Shown: positions 1 through 9,209 of the stretch, in pieces
Layout of the letters: every line of letters begins with the position of its first letter
Numbering within the stretch: position 1 is the stretch's first letter
Program-made: the position numbers and the translations under genes
NCBI GenBank assembly: GCA_963761305.1
Contig: CAVXGK010000001.1
Location: forward strand, 1,312,001 to 1,376,000
DNA: 64,000 bases
Direction of reading: 5' to 3'
Source: an uncultured Gemmatimonadaceae bacterium
Lineage (GTDB): Bacteria > Gemmatimonadota > Gemmatimonadetes > Gemmatimonadales > Gemmatimonadaceae
The notes under the pieces: generated by a model
The model's database searches: none
What the model saw: only the letters and a program-made list of their open reading frames with translations
What the model was told of the DNA's origin: nothing

Positions 1-587
1 ATCTCGGTGCTCTGATCGGCCTGCACGTCATTCGCAAACTTGAAAACGAACTCGTCCTGGCCGGCGCCGGGTGTGTTGAACAGGGTGTCGACCATCGTGA
101 TCGCGCCCTTGTGGTGCTGGATCATGAACGTTAGAAAGAGCCGGTCGAAGTCCGCGCCGCGCGCCGCGTCGAGCTGCTTCATCTGCTCGTCGGTGAGCAT
201 TCCCGGCATCATCATGAACATGTCCTGGCCGTTCATCTTCATCTTCATGCCGCGCGCATCCGGCTCGGGCACGGGCTGGTTTCGATCCTTGAGCCAGTTG
301 CTCATCAACCCGATCTCCGCCGTCTGCGCCATCGCGACGCGCCCGCAGAAGATCTGGAGCGACTTGCTCGCGCCGTGCGACTCGGCCCAACCGGCCATCT
401 TCACGGCTTGCGCGTGGTGTCCGATCATTCCGGACATGAACTCGATGTCGGCCGCCGTGTACGGACGACGGATGCTGTCGACGCGCGCCTGCTCGACGCC
501 GGACACGGGATGCGACGGCTGGGCGCTCACCCCCGTCGCCGCGGCGACGACGAACGCGCTGGTCGCGAAAATGATGATTCGGGACAT
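1..587 (-). CDS. DUF305 family secreted ferritin-like protein (3' end runs off the window)
   Basis: Not in the ORF track. ATG at 587 with GGAG upstream. Translates MSRIIIFATSAFVVAAATGVSAQ...ADIEFMSGMIGHHAQAVKMA...MPGMLTDEQM...FDRLFLTFMIQHHKGAITM, with the twin MIxHH motifs of DUF305. Confidence 0.85.
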   Translation of the reverse strand, partial: MSRIIIFATSAFVVAAATGVSAQPSHPVSGVEQARVDSIRRPYTAADIEFMSGMIGHHAQAVKMAGWAESHGASKSLQIFCGRVAMAQTAEIGLMSNWLKDRNQPVPEPDARGMKMKMNGQDMFMMMPGMLTDEQMKQLDAARGADFDRLFLTFMIQHHKGAITMVDTLFNTPGAGQDEFVFKFANDVQADQSTE

Positions 588-809
588 ACGACGAACTCCG
601 AAAGTGGTACGAGCTTGGGCGATAATATGGAGCCGGACCGCGACCAGGGAACCACCTAACAGCGTTTCGGCGCTCGGCTTGGGGCTAGCGGCCACGGCTG
701 ACAGATCGGCCGACGGCGGTCAGCGGCGAGCCGAAAGTTCTCTTTGCGACCTCATCCTACAGGGCACGTGAGTTGCCACTCTCGGTTCCATCGAGGATAA
801 TCACGAGCC

Positions 810-2459
810 GTGAAGCCACCCTTTAAGGCCCCTCCGATCCCTCCGCCCGTCACAGGCGATCGAGACGACCCGAAGCCGCCGAGCCGCCGCCGCCCCGGCA
901 TCGCCGCGATGGCGCCGGCCGATCTCTATCGCCTGCTCGTAGAGAGTGTCCAGGATTACGCAATCTTCGCCCTCGACGCTGACGGCTACATCCTGAGCTG
1001 GAATCCCGGGGCGCAGCGTTTCAAGGGCTACACGGCCGACGAGGTTCTCGGCAAGCACTTCTCGATCTTCTATCCGCGCGAGCTGGTCGCCGAGGGATAC
1101 CCGGAATTCGAGCTCCGGATGGCGGCAAACACGGGTCGGTACGAGGACGAGGGTTGGCGAATCCGGAAGGACGGCTCGCGGTTCTGGGCGAACGTGGTCA
1201 TCACCGCGCTTCGAAACGAGAATGGCGAGCTCACCGGTTTCGCGAAGATCACGCGCGACCTTACGGAACGGCGCGAAGCCGAAGAGGCACTACGCGAGAG
1301 CGAGGAACGCTTCCGCCTCATCGTCGAGGGAGTGCGCGACTACGCCATCTTCATGCTCGACCCGAACGGCCGCATCGCGACGTGGAACGCCGGGGCGGAA
1401 CGCATCAACGCGTATCGCGCGAAGGAGATCATCGGTCTTCACTTCTCCAAGCTCTATCCCGCCGCCGACGTCGCGGGGCACAAGCCCGAGCGCGAGCTGG
1501 AGGTCGCGGCTCAAACCGGGCGCTACGAGGAAGACGGCTGGCGCGTGCGGAAGGACGGCAGCCCATACTGGGCGACCGTGCTGATCACCGCCCTGCGCGA
1601 TCGCAACAACGTGTTGATCGGGTACGTGCAACTCACTCGCGACCTCACGGAGCGTCGCGCGGTCGAGCGACGCGCCCTCGATGCCACCGAGCGGGCAGCG
1701 GCCGAACAAGCGGCACGGCAACGGGCCGACGAGCTTCGGAGACTGGCCGACGAGGCCAATTCGGCGAAGAGCCAGTTCCTCGCCGCGATGTCGCACGAAC
1801 TGCGGACGCCGCTCAACGCGATCGGCGGTTACACCGACCTGATTTCGATGGGCCTCGCCGGACCGGTGACCGACCAACAGCTCGTTCACCTCGGGCGCAT
1901 CCGGCACAGCCAAGAGCATCTCCTCGGCATCATCAACGACATTCTGAACTTCAGCCGCGTCGAGGCCGGACAGTTGACCTACGACCTCGGGCCGGTCGAC
2001 GTGCAGGACGTCGTTCGCACCGTCATGCTCATGATGGCTCCCCAGGCACAGGGCAAAGGTCTTCGTCTCGAGCAGGCCGGGACCGATGCCGAACTCGTGG
2101 CGTGGGCGGATCGGGCGAAGGTCGATCAAATCGTGCTCAACCTCCTGTCCAACGCGGTGAAGTTCACGGCGGCCGGAGGCAAGATCGTGCTGTCGTGCGA
2201 ACAATTCGGATCCGGGCGGGTAGCGATCCGAGTGCGCGACACCGGCCGCGGGATTCCGGCGGGTCAACTCGATCAGATCTTCGAGCCGTTCGTGCAGGTT
2301 GGTCGCTCGCTCACCGACAGTCGTGAGGGCACCGGCCTCGGCTTGGCGATCAGCCGCGATCTGGCGCGAGCGATGCGCGGCGACATCATCGTGGACAGCA
2401 AGGTGGACGCCGGGTCCCAGTTCACGCTGCTGCTGCCGATAGGACCAGCGGAGGGGTAA
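810..2459 (+). CDS. Cytoplasmic PAS-domain sensor histidine kinase (2x PAS/PAC, HisKA, HATPase)
   Basis: Two DYAIF(M/A)LD...SWNxGA...RKDGSxFWA repeats; H-box MSHELRTPL; N-box NLLSNAVKFT; G1 DTGRGI; G2 GTGLGLAI. Confidence 0.95.
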   Translation: MKPPFKAPPIPPPVTGDRDDPKPPSRRRPGIAAMAPADLYRLLVESVQDYAIFALDADGYILSWNPGAQRFKGYTADEVLGKHFSIFYPRELVAEGYPEFELRMAANTGRYEDEGWRIRKDGSRFWANVVITALRNENGELTGFAKITRDLTERREAEEALRESEERFRLIVEGVRDYAIFMLDPNGRIATWNAGAERINAYRAKEIIGLHFSKLYPAADVAGHKPERELEVAAQTGRYEEDGWRVRKDGSPYWATVLITALRDRNNVLIGYVQLTRDLTERRAVERRALDATERAAAEQAARQRADELRRLADEANSAKSQFLAAMSHELRTPLNAIGGYTDLISMGLAGPVTDQQLVHLGRIRHSQEHLLGIINDILNFSRVEAGQLTYDLGPVDVQDVVRTVMLMMAPQAQGKGLRLEQAGTDAELVAWADRAKVDQIVLNLLSNAVKFTAAGGKIVLSCEQFGSGRVAIRVRDTGRGIPAGQLDQIFEPFVQVGRSLTDSREGTGLGLAISRDLARAMRGDIIVDSKVDAGSQFTLLLPIGPAEG

Positions 2460-2460
2460 C

Positions 2461-4212
2461 GTGCCTCGGCGGCTGACGGTCTGTTTGGCGTTCGCCCTCG
2501 CGGCGTGCGGTGGCACGAAGGCCGTCGTGTCGACCAGCGCCTCGCCATCGACGACCGGCGACGAACTCGACGATGCCGGCCGCGCGCGTCAGGCGCTCAA
2601 CCGCCTGACGTTCGGCGCCCGCGCCGCCGACCTCGCCGAGGTCGAACGCATCGGCGTACGCGCCTGGGTCGATGGGCAACTCCACCCGGAGCGCATCGCC
2701 GATCCCGTCGCCGACAGCGTGCTCGCGCGCCTCGAGATCACGAACAAGACGGCGTTCGAGCTGTATGCCGACCATCCGCAGCCGAACGAGTACGGATACC
2801 AGGCAGGCAAACAACCCGATACCGCCGAAATTCGCCGCAAGGCAGCCGGCGATTCGATGACGCAGGCGCTCGACGCGGTGACGCTTCAAGCGAAACTCGC
2901 CGAAGCCACGGTGTTGATGAAGGAGCTCCCCAAGCTCTTGCCGACGCGCCAGGCGGCGATCCGCGAGCTCGGTCCGTCGATTCTCATCCGCGCCGTGTCG
3001 AGCAATCGGCAACTGCTCGAGGTGATGACGGACTTCTGGGAAAACCATTTCTCGGTGAGCGTGGACAAGGTTCCGAGTCCGTTCACGCTCGTCGAGTACG
3101 ACCGCACGATTCGAGAGCACGCGCTCGGCAAATTCCGCGATCTGTTGGGTGCCGTCGCGAAGAGCCCCGAGATGCTCTTCTACCTCGACAACTACCAGAG
3201 CGTCGTCGACAGCCTCCATCCGAATCCGATCGAATGGCGGCTGGAGGAACGCCGTCGCGAACATCCGCCGTTCGGCGACACGCTGCTCGCGCACACGGTC
3301 AAACGCCGGCGCGTCGGCGTGAACGAGAATTACGCCCGCGAGCTGATGGAGCTCCACACGCTGGGCGTGGACGGCGGCTATTCCCAGAAGGACGTCCAGG
3401 AAGTCGCTCGCTGCCTCACCGGATGGGGCATTGACAATTTTCTCATCGGCCCATCGTTCGCGTTTCACGCGGACCAGCACGACGCCGGCGAGAAGGTCGT
3501 CCTCGGCACGCGAATTCCTGGCGGACGCGGCCTCGAGGACGGCGAGCAGGTGCTCGACATTCTCGCGCGGCATCCGTCCACCGCGCACTTCATCGCCAAG
3601 AAGCTGGTCACGCACTTCGTGAGCGACGCGCCGCCGCCCGCGCTCGTCGACCGCACCGCGCAGACATTCCTGCGCACCGACGGCGACATCCGCGAAGTGC
3701 TGCTCACGATCGTCGAGTCGCCGGAGTTCAACAGCCGTGCCGCGTACCGCGCGAAGGTGAAAACGCCGTTCGAGCTCGTGGCGAGCCTGCTGCGCGTGAT
3801 GGACGCGGCGCCGGACACCACGCAGCGCAGCGTGCAGATCGTCGCCCGACTCGGTCAGCCGATCTTCGGACGCGCCACGCCCGACGGCTGGCCCGATCAC
3901 GGCGACGCGTGGATGAACACCGGCGCGCTCCTCAACCGCGTGAACCTCGGCGCGCAGACCGGAGCCAATCAGGTGCCGAACGTCGCCATCGCGCGGTGGG
4001 CGGCGGCCGAGCACGTGGCGAACGCTTCGCCGGATGAAACGGTGGACGCCGTCATTCGCTCGACGCTCGCCGGCGATCCGTCACCCGCCACGCGCGAAGT
4101 CTTGCTCGGCGTGTCGCGACCACCGCCGACGGCGAACCCGCAGCAGCGACTCGCCTACGTGGCGAATCTCGTCGGCGTGGCGATCGGCTCGTCGGATTTC
4201 CAACGACGCTAG
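2461..4212 (+). CDS. DUF1800 family lipoprotein
   Basis: Lipobox LAAC; LNRLTFG; FWENHFSV; MLFYLDN; NENYARELMELHTLG; KVKTPFE. Confidence 0.9.
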   Translation: MPRRLTVCLAFALAACGGTKAVVSTSASPSTTGDELDDAGRARQALNRLTFGARAADLAEVERIGVRAWVDGQLHPERIADPVADSVLARLEITNKTAFELYADHPQPNEYGYQAGKQPDTAEIRRKAAGDSMTQALDAVTLQAKLAEATVLMKELPKLLPTRQAAIRELGPSILIRAVSSNRQLLEVMTDFWENHFSVSVDKVPSPFTLVEYDRTIREHALGKFRDLLGAVAKSPEMLFYLDNYQSVVDSLHPNPIEWRLEERRREHPPFGDTLLAHTVKRRRVGVNENYARELMELHTLGVDGGYSQKDVQEVARCLTGWGIDNFLIGPSFAFHADQHDAGEKVVLGTRIPGGRGLEDGEQVLDILARHPSTAHFIAKKLVTHFVSDAPPPALVDRTAQTFLRTDGDIREVLLTIVESPEFNSRAAYRAKVKTPFELVASLLRVMDAAPDTTQRSVQIVARLGQPIFGRATPDGWPDHGDAWMNTGALLNRVNLGAQTGANQVPNVAIARWAAAEHVANASPDETVDAVIRSTLAGDPSPATREVLLGVSRPPPTANPQQRLAYVANLVGVAIGSSDFQRR

Positions 4213-5147
4213 CCGGCCGACCGCGCCTTTAGCCTCTCGGCGACGAGGCCGACGCTCCGACTGAACGCGGCGATGGCCGCGTCGTCGAGCATCCATCGTC
4301 GCTCGATGCGATTGAACACCGCGGCGCGCTCGGCGGCGAGCGTTTCGGCGATGGCGAGCAAGCCCTCGCGATCCATGCCGAGAGAATTCGCGATCGCCTC
4401 GTCGACGCGCCGTCCGAGAACGTGCGCGTCGTGCAGCGCGCCGAGATCGTTCTGGAGTTTCTTCAGTTGCGCGAGGAGCGACTTCGATCCCCTCACGCCT
4501 TCGGCGGGCTCGAGGACATAGCGAAGACGCTTGGCGGCGATCCGCGCGGCGTGGGCCTCGCGATCGTCGTCAGCCGAGTGAATGGAGTAGAGCGCGCGAC
4601 GGAACGCGTCGAGGTGGTCGGCGAGGCGCGCGCCAATCGCGGCGGCGAGCGTAGGCGGCGGCGCGGAGATGCGCACCGGTTCGCGGACGGTCGACAAGCG
4701 CTCGGCGAGTCGCGCCCTCTCCTTCCCGAACGCCTCGAGCCATTCTCCGTTGAGCGGCTCCCTCGCGTTGCGTCGATCCGTGTTGATGAGGTCGATGAGC
4801 CGCTCGGCGCCGCGTTTTCGCACGCCGTCGGAACGTTGCGCCGTTTTCTTCAGCCACGCGAGCTGCACGTCGGCGTCGCGGCCCCGGTTTGTAATCTCGG
4901 CCAGATCGCGCAAGCGGTGGCGATCCTTGCCGGCGGCACCCCCCTCGAGCTCGGGCCTGAACGCGCGGAGCCAACTGCGCACGCGGCGCAGCGCGACGCG
5001 CAGGTCGTGCAGGCCTTTGAGGTCGTCCGGATCCGACGCCAGGTGATCGGCTTCGCGGCTGGCCCTGTCGAGACGCTCGAGCGCGACCAGTCGCGCGCCG
5101 CGAACGGCTGAGACCGTCAGGAAATCCGAAGGGAGTTCGTCTTTCAT
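4209..5147 (-). CDS. CHAD domain protein (polyphosphate-binding family)
   Basis: LHDLRVALRRVRSWL, RDADV, HAARIAAKRLRY and LQNDLGALHD motifs. Start taken at MKDELP. Confidence 0.9.
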   Translation of the reverse strand: MKDELPSDFLTVSAVRGARLVALERLDRASREADHLASDPDDLKGLHDLRVALRRVRSWLRAFRPELEGGAAGKDRHRLRDLAEITNRGRDADVQLAWLKKTAQRSDGVRKRGAERLIDLINTDRRNAREPLNGEWLEAFGKERARLAERLSTVREPVRISAPPPTLAAAIGARLADHLDAFRRALYSIHSADDDREAHAARIAAKRLRYVLEPAEGVRGSKSLLAQLKKLQNDLGALHDAHVLGRRVDEAIANSLGMDREGLLAIAETLAAERAAVFNRIERRWMLDDAAIAAFSRSVGLVAERLKARSAG

Positions 5148-5195
5148 CGCCGAAGCGGCGCGGGAGGCAGTGGGTGGCGAGCCAGAGAGCATTGT

Positions 5196-5241
5196 GCACG
5201 CGGTGCGCCAGCCGAAATCGCCGTCGTGGCGCGATTGTCGC
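5196..5241. promoter_or_regulatory. Back-to-back candidate sigma54 (-24/-12) promoters
   Basis: Minus TGGCGC-N5-GTGC (5210-5196) and plus TGGCGC-N5-TCGC (5227-5241), both GG-N10-GC, each facing a divergent gene. Confidence 0.35.
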
Positions 5242-5293
5242 CCTCGGTCCGTGAAGGTGTTCGTTCTGCGTTCCTTCGGAGGGGGGAATCTCG

Positions 5294-5446
5294 ATGATTC
5301 GCAAACTCAAGGACGGGCGTTTCCGTCTCTATTCGCGCAAACAGGATCCCAAGACCGGCCGGCGTCGCAACCTGGGAACGTTTCGCTCCCGTTCGGCCGC
5401 CGAAAAGCACGAGCGAGCCGTGCAGTACTTCAAGCGTCAGGGTTGA
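5294..5446 (+). CDS. 50-aa basic small protein with an AP2/integrase-arm-like LGTF motif
   Basis: MIRKLKDGRFRLYSRKQDPKTGRRRNLGTFRSRSAAEKHERAVQYFKRQG. GGAGG upstream, GC3-rich codons. Below the ORF track cutoff. Confidence 0.8.
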   Translation: MIRKLKDGRFRLYSRKQDPKTGRRRNLGTFRSRSAAEKHERAVQYFKRQG

Positions 5447-5538
5447 CCGATGTCTGCCATCAGGTCGCCGATTCGTTTTCGATCGTCGGGCAGGCTGCTT
5501 GCGGAGTCCGCCGCGGGCGGCGCGGGGCGGGAGTGCCG

Positions 5539-6000
5539 ATGACTGAAACCGACCGAGGTTTGCGGATGCACACGGCGGACGAGAGGCAGACTGCTGCCCC
5601 TATCGACTTCGGATCGTTCATGGAGCGACGCGAAGCCGCGGAACGCGAGTACGCGGCCGGCGACGTCGAACCCCTGCGCCGAGTGGCGACGACCCATCCG
5701 CCGGCAACGTTGTTCGGGCCTGCAGGGGAGACTCGTCTCGGCCCCGATCGCGTGATCGACGCGTACGCGCAAGTCGCGACGTCGGCCGGACCGGGTGGGG
5801 AGACGCACTTCGAGGTGATGCAAAGCGCGGCGAGCGACGGCCTCGCGTACTGGGTCGGCCTACAGCATTCCACGATGCGCGTGGCGGACAGCAATGCGCC
5901 GCGGCACGTGGTGCTGCGCGTGACCGAGCTGTTCCGTCGTGAGAAGGGCGAATGGAAGTTGATCCATCGGCATGCCGACGAGCTGGAGGCTGCGCGCTGA
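5539..6000 (+). CDS. NTF2/SnoaL-like (YybH/DUF4440) protein
   Basis: C-terminal LRVTELFRREKGEWKLIHRHAD. Start could be 5539 or 5566. Confidence 0.8.
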   Translation: MTETDRGLRMHTADERQTAAPIDFGSFMERREAAEREYAAGDVEPLRRVATTHPPATLFGPAGETRLGPDRVIDAYAQVATSAGPGGETHFEVMQSAASDGLAYWVGLQHSTMRVADSNAPRHVVLRVTELFRREKGEWKLIHRHADELEAAR

Positions 6001-6431
6001 TCTGGGAGTTGAGCCGCTTCGTCGACGCGCAGGATGGCGGCGTGTACGAGGCCGCACTCGCGGAGATCAGGAGCGGTCGAAAGCGGACGCACTGGATGTG
6101 GTTCGTCTTTCCGCAGATCGACGGCTTGGGATCGAGCCCGACCTCGCGCCGCTTCGCGATCAGGGGTGCGGACGAAGCGAAGGCCTATCTCGCGCATCCG
6201 GTGCTCGGGCCGCGGTTGCTCGATTGCATGCGCGCCGTGCTCCCCGCGCCGGGAAAGTCGGCGACGGACATTTTCGGATCGCCGGACGATATGAAGCTGC
6301 GGTCGTGCGCGACGCTGTTCGCGTCGGTGTCGGAGCCGGGGTCCGTGTTCGAACAGGTGCTGGCGCGTTTCTTCGACGGAAGGCCGGACCCGCGCACGGA
6401 AGAGCTCCTGCGGCGAGAGGACAGGAGCTGA
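5997..6431 (+). CDS. DUF1810 family protein
   Basis: LSRFVDAQ...GRKRTHWMWFVFPQI...YLAHPVLGPRL...IFGSPDDMKLRSCATLF. Start uncertain (CTG 5997 or ATG 5952). Confidence 0.9.
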   Translation: MIWELSRFVDAQDGGVYEAALAEIRSGRKRTHWMWFVFPQIDGLGSSPTSRRFAIRGADEAKAYLAHPVLGPRLLDCMRAVLPAPGKSATDIFGSPDDMKLRSCATLFASVSEPGSVFEQVLARFFDGRPDPRTEELLRREDRS

Positions 6432-6489
6432 CACCCGTCCGATCGACCGTCCGTAGTGGGAGGACACCGAAACTCCCGCGAGGCAATTG

Positions 6490-7134
6490 ATGTTCGGTTC
6501 CCTGTTCGCCGATCCGATGCGCGCCCTCATCTTCGCCGCCGCCCACCTCTTCGGAGGAAGCCTGGGAGGCGGCGTTTTCGCGGTGTCGTTGGCGGTGCGG
6601 GTCGCGTTCCTTCCGATCACCATCCGCCTCGCGCGTCGCGAACGGGAGCGACGACGGATTCTGGCGCGAATCGAGCCCGAGCTCGCGAAGGTCCGAACGA
6701 CGTTCGCCAAGCAGCCCGACCGATTGGCCGACGCGCTGCACGCGATCCATCGGCGCGAGGGCATCGAGTTGGTCGACAGCCGCGCCCTTCTCGGCGGCCT
6801 TGCCCGACTTCCTGCCCTCGGCGGGATCTACGGCGCGCTGCGCTCCATCCCGCGGCTTGGATCGTTTGCGTGGATCGCCGACCTGGCGAAGCCGAATCTT
6901 CCGCTGGCGCTGCTCGTGACGACCGGCTCGACGATCTCGGCATACGTCGCGAGCCACGGTTTGGGAACGAATGCCCGCGCGGTGGCCGCGTCGACGATCG
7001 TCGGAGCGGCGATCAGCCTCGCGTTCCTTCTGCACATGTCATCGGCGATCGCGCTGTCGTGGAGTGCGAGCGTCGCCGGCGACGTCGTTCAGAGCGTGGT
7101 GCTCGTGCGAGAGCGTCGTCGACAGAGCGTGTAG
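6490..7134 (+). CDS. Short YidC/Oxa1-family membrane insertase-like protein
   Basis: TM1 with conserved Arg (AVRVAFLPI), coiled hairpin (IEPELAKVR...LHAIHRREGI), QxP-like RLPALGGIY, SFAWIADLAKP. Confidence 0.7.
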   Translation: MFGSLFADPMRALIFAAAHLFGGSLGGGVFAVSLAVRVAFLPITIRLARRERERRRILARIEPELAKVRTTFAKQPDRLADALHAIHRREGIELVDSRALLGGLARLPALGGIYGALRSIPRLGSFAWIADLAKPNLPLALLVTTGSTISAYVASHGLGTNARAVAASTIVGAAISLAFLLHMSSAIALSWSASVAGDVVQSVVLVRERRRQSV

Positions 7135-7137
7135 CGC

Positions 7138-7875
7138 TCATCCGCCAATCTTCGTCCAGAGCAGCATGACGCCGCAGTTTGCGTTGCCGGACTTGTATTG
7201 CAGCGGAATCGTCGCCGGACCTGAATAGATCTCGATGCCCGCCAGATCCCTGGGCGGTGGCAGCTGGGCGAGGTTCGTCGGAGTCGGCATCCGAATGCCG
7301 TCGAGGTAAATCTGGAAGGCGCAGCCGCCCATGCCGCGCATGTTGTACGCGATCTGCACTCCCTTCCGCTCGCTGATGCCGACGGAGAGAACGGTACGAA
7401 TGACGTCGGCGAGGAAGGTGGCGTTGCGCTTTTCGATTTCTTCCGCCGTGATGAAATGCCCGAAGCCGAGCTTCCTCCGGTCTTCGAATTCACTCATCCG
7501 CATCGCGAGTGACTTGGCGGTGACGATCATCGTGTCGAGCGCGCTGACGATCCGCTGAAGCGCGAACGACGGTCGCAGCGTATCGCCATCGACGACGGTC
7601 GTCGCCACGGCGACCGGCACGTAGCCGATGCGATGCACGGTGAGGATGAAGTTGCCGGTGTGCAGGCCGACGATTCGGAACCGCCCATTGTCGCCCGTCG
7701 ACACGCTGAGGGCGGAGCCGAGGATCGAGACGGTCGCGCCGCTGAGCGTGACGAGGTTGGTGTCGGTGACGATGCCGTCGATCACGCCGAGGGAGGGATG
7801 CGGCTGAGCGCTCGACGGTATTGCGCCGAGCGCGACGAGTGAGGCGAGGAGCGCGCCGCGAATGTGAGGGCTCAT
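7138..7875 (-). CDS. Secreted carboxypeptidase-regulatory-like domain protein with TonB plug-like domain
   Basis: Signal peptide; GIVTDT...TGDNGRFRI...HRIGY; FITAEEIE; IYLDG; GIEIYSG...CGVMLLWTK. Confidence 0.75.
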   Translation of the reverse strand: MSPHIRGALLASLVALGAIPSSAQPHPSLGVIDGIVTDTNLVTLSGATVSILGSALSVSTGDNGRFRIVGLHTGNFILTVHRIGYVPVAVATTVVDGDTLRPSFALQRIVSALDTMIVTAKSLAMRMSEFEDRRKLGFGHFITAEEIEKRNATFLADVIRTVLSVGISERKGVQIAYNMRGMGGCAFQIYLDGIRMPTPTNLAQLPPPRDLAGIEIYSGPATIPLQYKSGNANCGVMLLWTKIGG

Positions 7876-7976
7876 GGTCAGCCGGTTTCGACACACCGGA
7901 ACGATGGGTATGTCAGAACTACGTCAGGGCGCGCCGCAGGCAAGGCGCGCTACGAACGCGTGAGTAGTATCCCCGT

Positions 7977-9194
7977 ATGAGCGCTTCTGTTACAGTGACA
8001 CCCGAGGCCGCCACCGCCACGGGGACTCGCCCGGTCGGCGCCGCGCCCCGCCGTCGAATCGACTCGGTGGACGTCGTCCGCGGCCTGGTCATGATCCTGA
8101 TGGCGCTCGACCACACGCGCGACTTCTTCGGTTCGCGCGTCGATCCCACCAACGTCGCGACGACGACCCTCCCGCTCTTCTTCACGCGCTGGATCACCCA
8201 CGTCTGCGCGCCGACGTTCTTTCTCCTCACGGGGACCGGCGCGGCGCTCTCGCTCGGACGCAAGACGACCGGCCAGCTCTCGCGCTTCCTATTTGCACGG
8301 GGGATTTGGCTTGTTTTCCTCGAGGCGGTCGTCGTTCGCTGCCTCGGCCTGCAGTTCAACTTCGACTACCACACCACGATCCTCGAAGTGATCTGGGCGC
8401 TCGGCTGGGCGATGATCGCGCTCGCCGGGTTCGTCTGGATGCCGCGCGTCGCGATCGCGGTCGTGAGCCTGGCGATGATCGCCGGCCACAACCTGCTCGA
8501 CGGCGTCCGCTCGACGAACCCGTGGTGGATCTTCCTGCACCGACCGGGATTTCTCCGGCCGCCGCCCGGGCACGTCGTGTTCGCCGCATATCCGATCGTT
8601 CCGTGGATCGGCGTCACGGCGATCGGCTTCGTGCTGGGCGGCGTCTACGCCTGGGAGCCGGTTCGACGACGAGCGTTCCTTCTGCGCCTCGCCATCGCGC
8701 TCCCGTGCGCGTTCGTGGTTCTGAGGTTTCTCAACGTCTACGGGGACCCGTTCCGCTGGTCGGTGCAGCCGACCGCGACGCACACGCTCATCGCGTTCCT
8801 CGACGTCACCAAGTATCCGCCGTCGCTCCTCTTCCTGCTCATGACGCTCGGCTTCACGATGCTCGGCTTGTACGCGTTCGACGCCGGGGTCCCGCGCTGG
8901 GCGACCCCGGCGCTCACGTTCGGACGAGCGCCGCTCTTCTACTTCCTCGTCCACTTGCCGCTCATTCACCTGCTGGTCGTCGCGGTCGGCTACGCGCGGT
9001 ACCGGTCGATCCACTGGTTCTTCACGTCGCCGTCGCTCGACAAGTACCCGTTCGAGATGCCGCCCGGCTGGGGATACTCGCTGCCGTTCGTGTACGCGAC
9101 GTGGGCACTCGTCGTGATCTCGCTCTACCCGCTTTGCGCCTGGTTCGCCCGGGTCAAAGCACGCAGCCGGTCCGCCTGGCTGAGCTACCTCTAG
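7977..9194 (+). CDS. DUF1624 / HGSNAT-like multi-pass membrane protein
   Basis: RIDSVDVVRGLVMILMALDHTRDF, TRWITHVCAP, KYPPSLLF; C-terminal WLSYL. Confidence 0.9.
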   Translation: MSASVTVTPEAATATGTRPVGAAPRRRIDSVDVVRGLVMILMALDHTRDFFGSRVDPTNVATTTLPLFFTRWITHVCAPTFFLLTGTGAALSLGRKTTGQLSRFLFARGIWLVFLEAVVVRCLGLQFNFDYHTTILEVIWALGWAMIALAGFVWMPRVAIAVVSLAMIAGHNLLDGVRSTNPWWIFLHRPGFLRPPPGHVVFAAYPIVPWIGVTAIGFVLGGVYAWEPVRRRAFLLRLAIALPCAFVVLRFLNVYGDPFRWSVQPTATHTLIAFLDVTKYPPSLLFLLMTLGFTMLGLYAFDAGVPRWATPALTFGRAPLFYFLVHLPLIHLLVVAVGYARYRSIHWFFTSPSLDKYPFEMPPGWGYSLPFVYATWALVVISLYPLCAWFARVKARSRSAWLSYL

Positions 9195-9209
9195 CACGTT
9201 CGGACCAAC

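Noticed and set aside
665..736. Weak 7-nt periodicity and flanking TTTCGGC/GCCGAAA inverted repeat
   Set aside because: Too degenerate in GC-rich DNA to distinguish from chance.
40..771. 243-aa plus-strand ORF, and similar long Arg/Ala-rich alternative-frame ORFs throughout the window
   Set aside because: Shadow ORFs typical of high-GC DNA; the opposite strand or another frame has recognisable family motifs.
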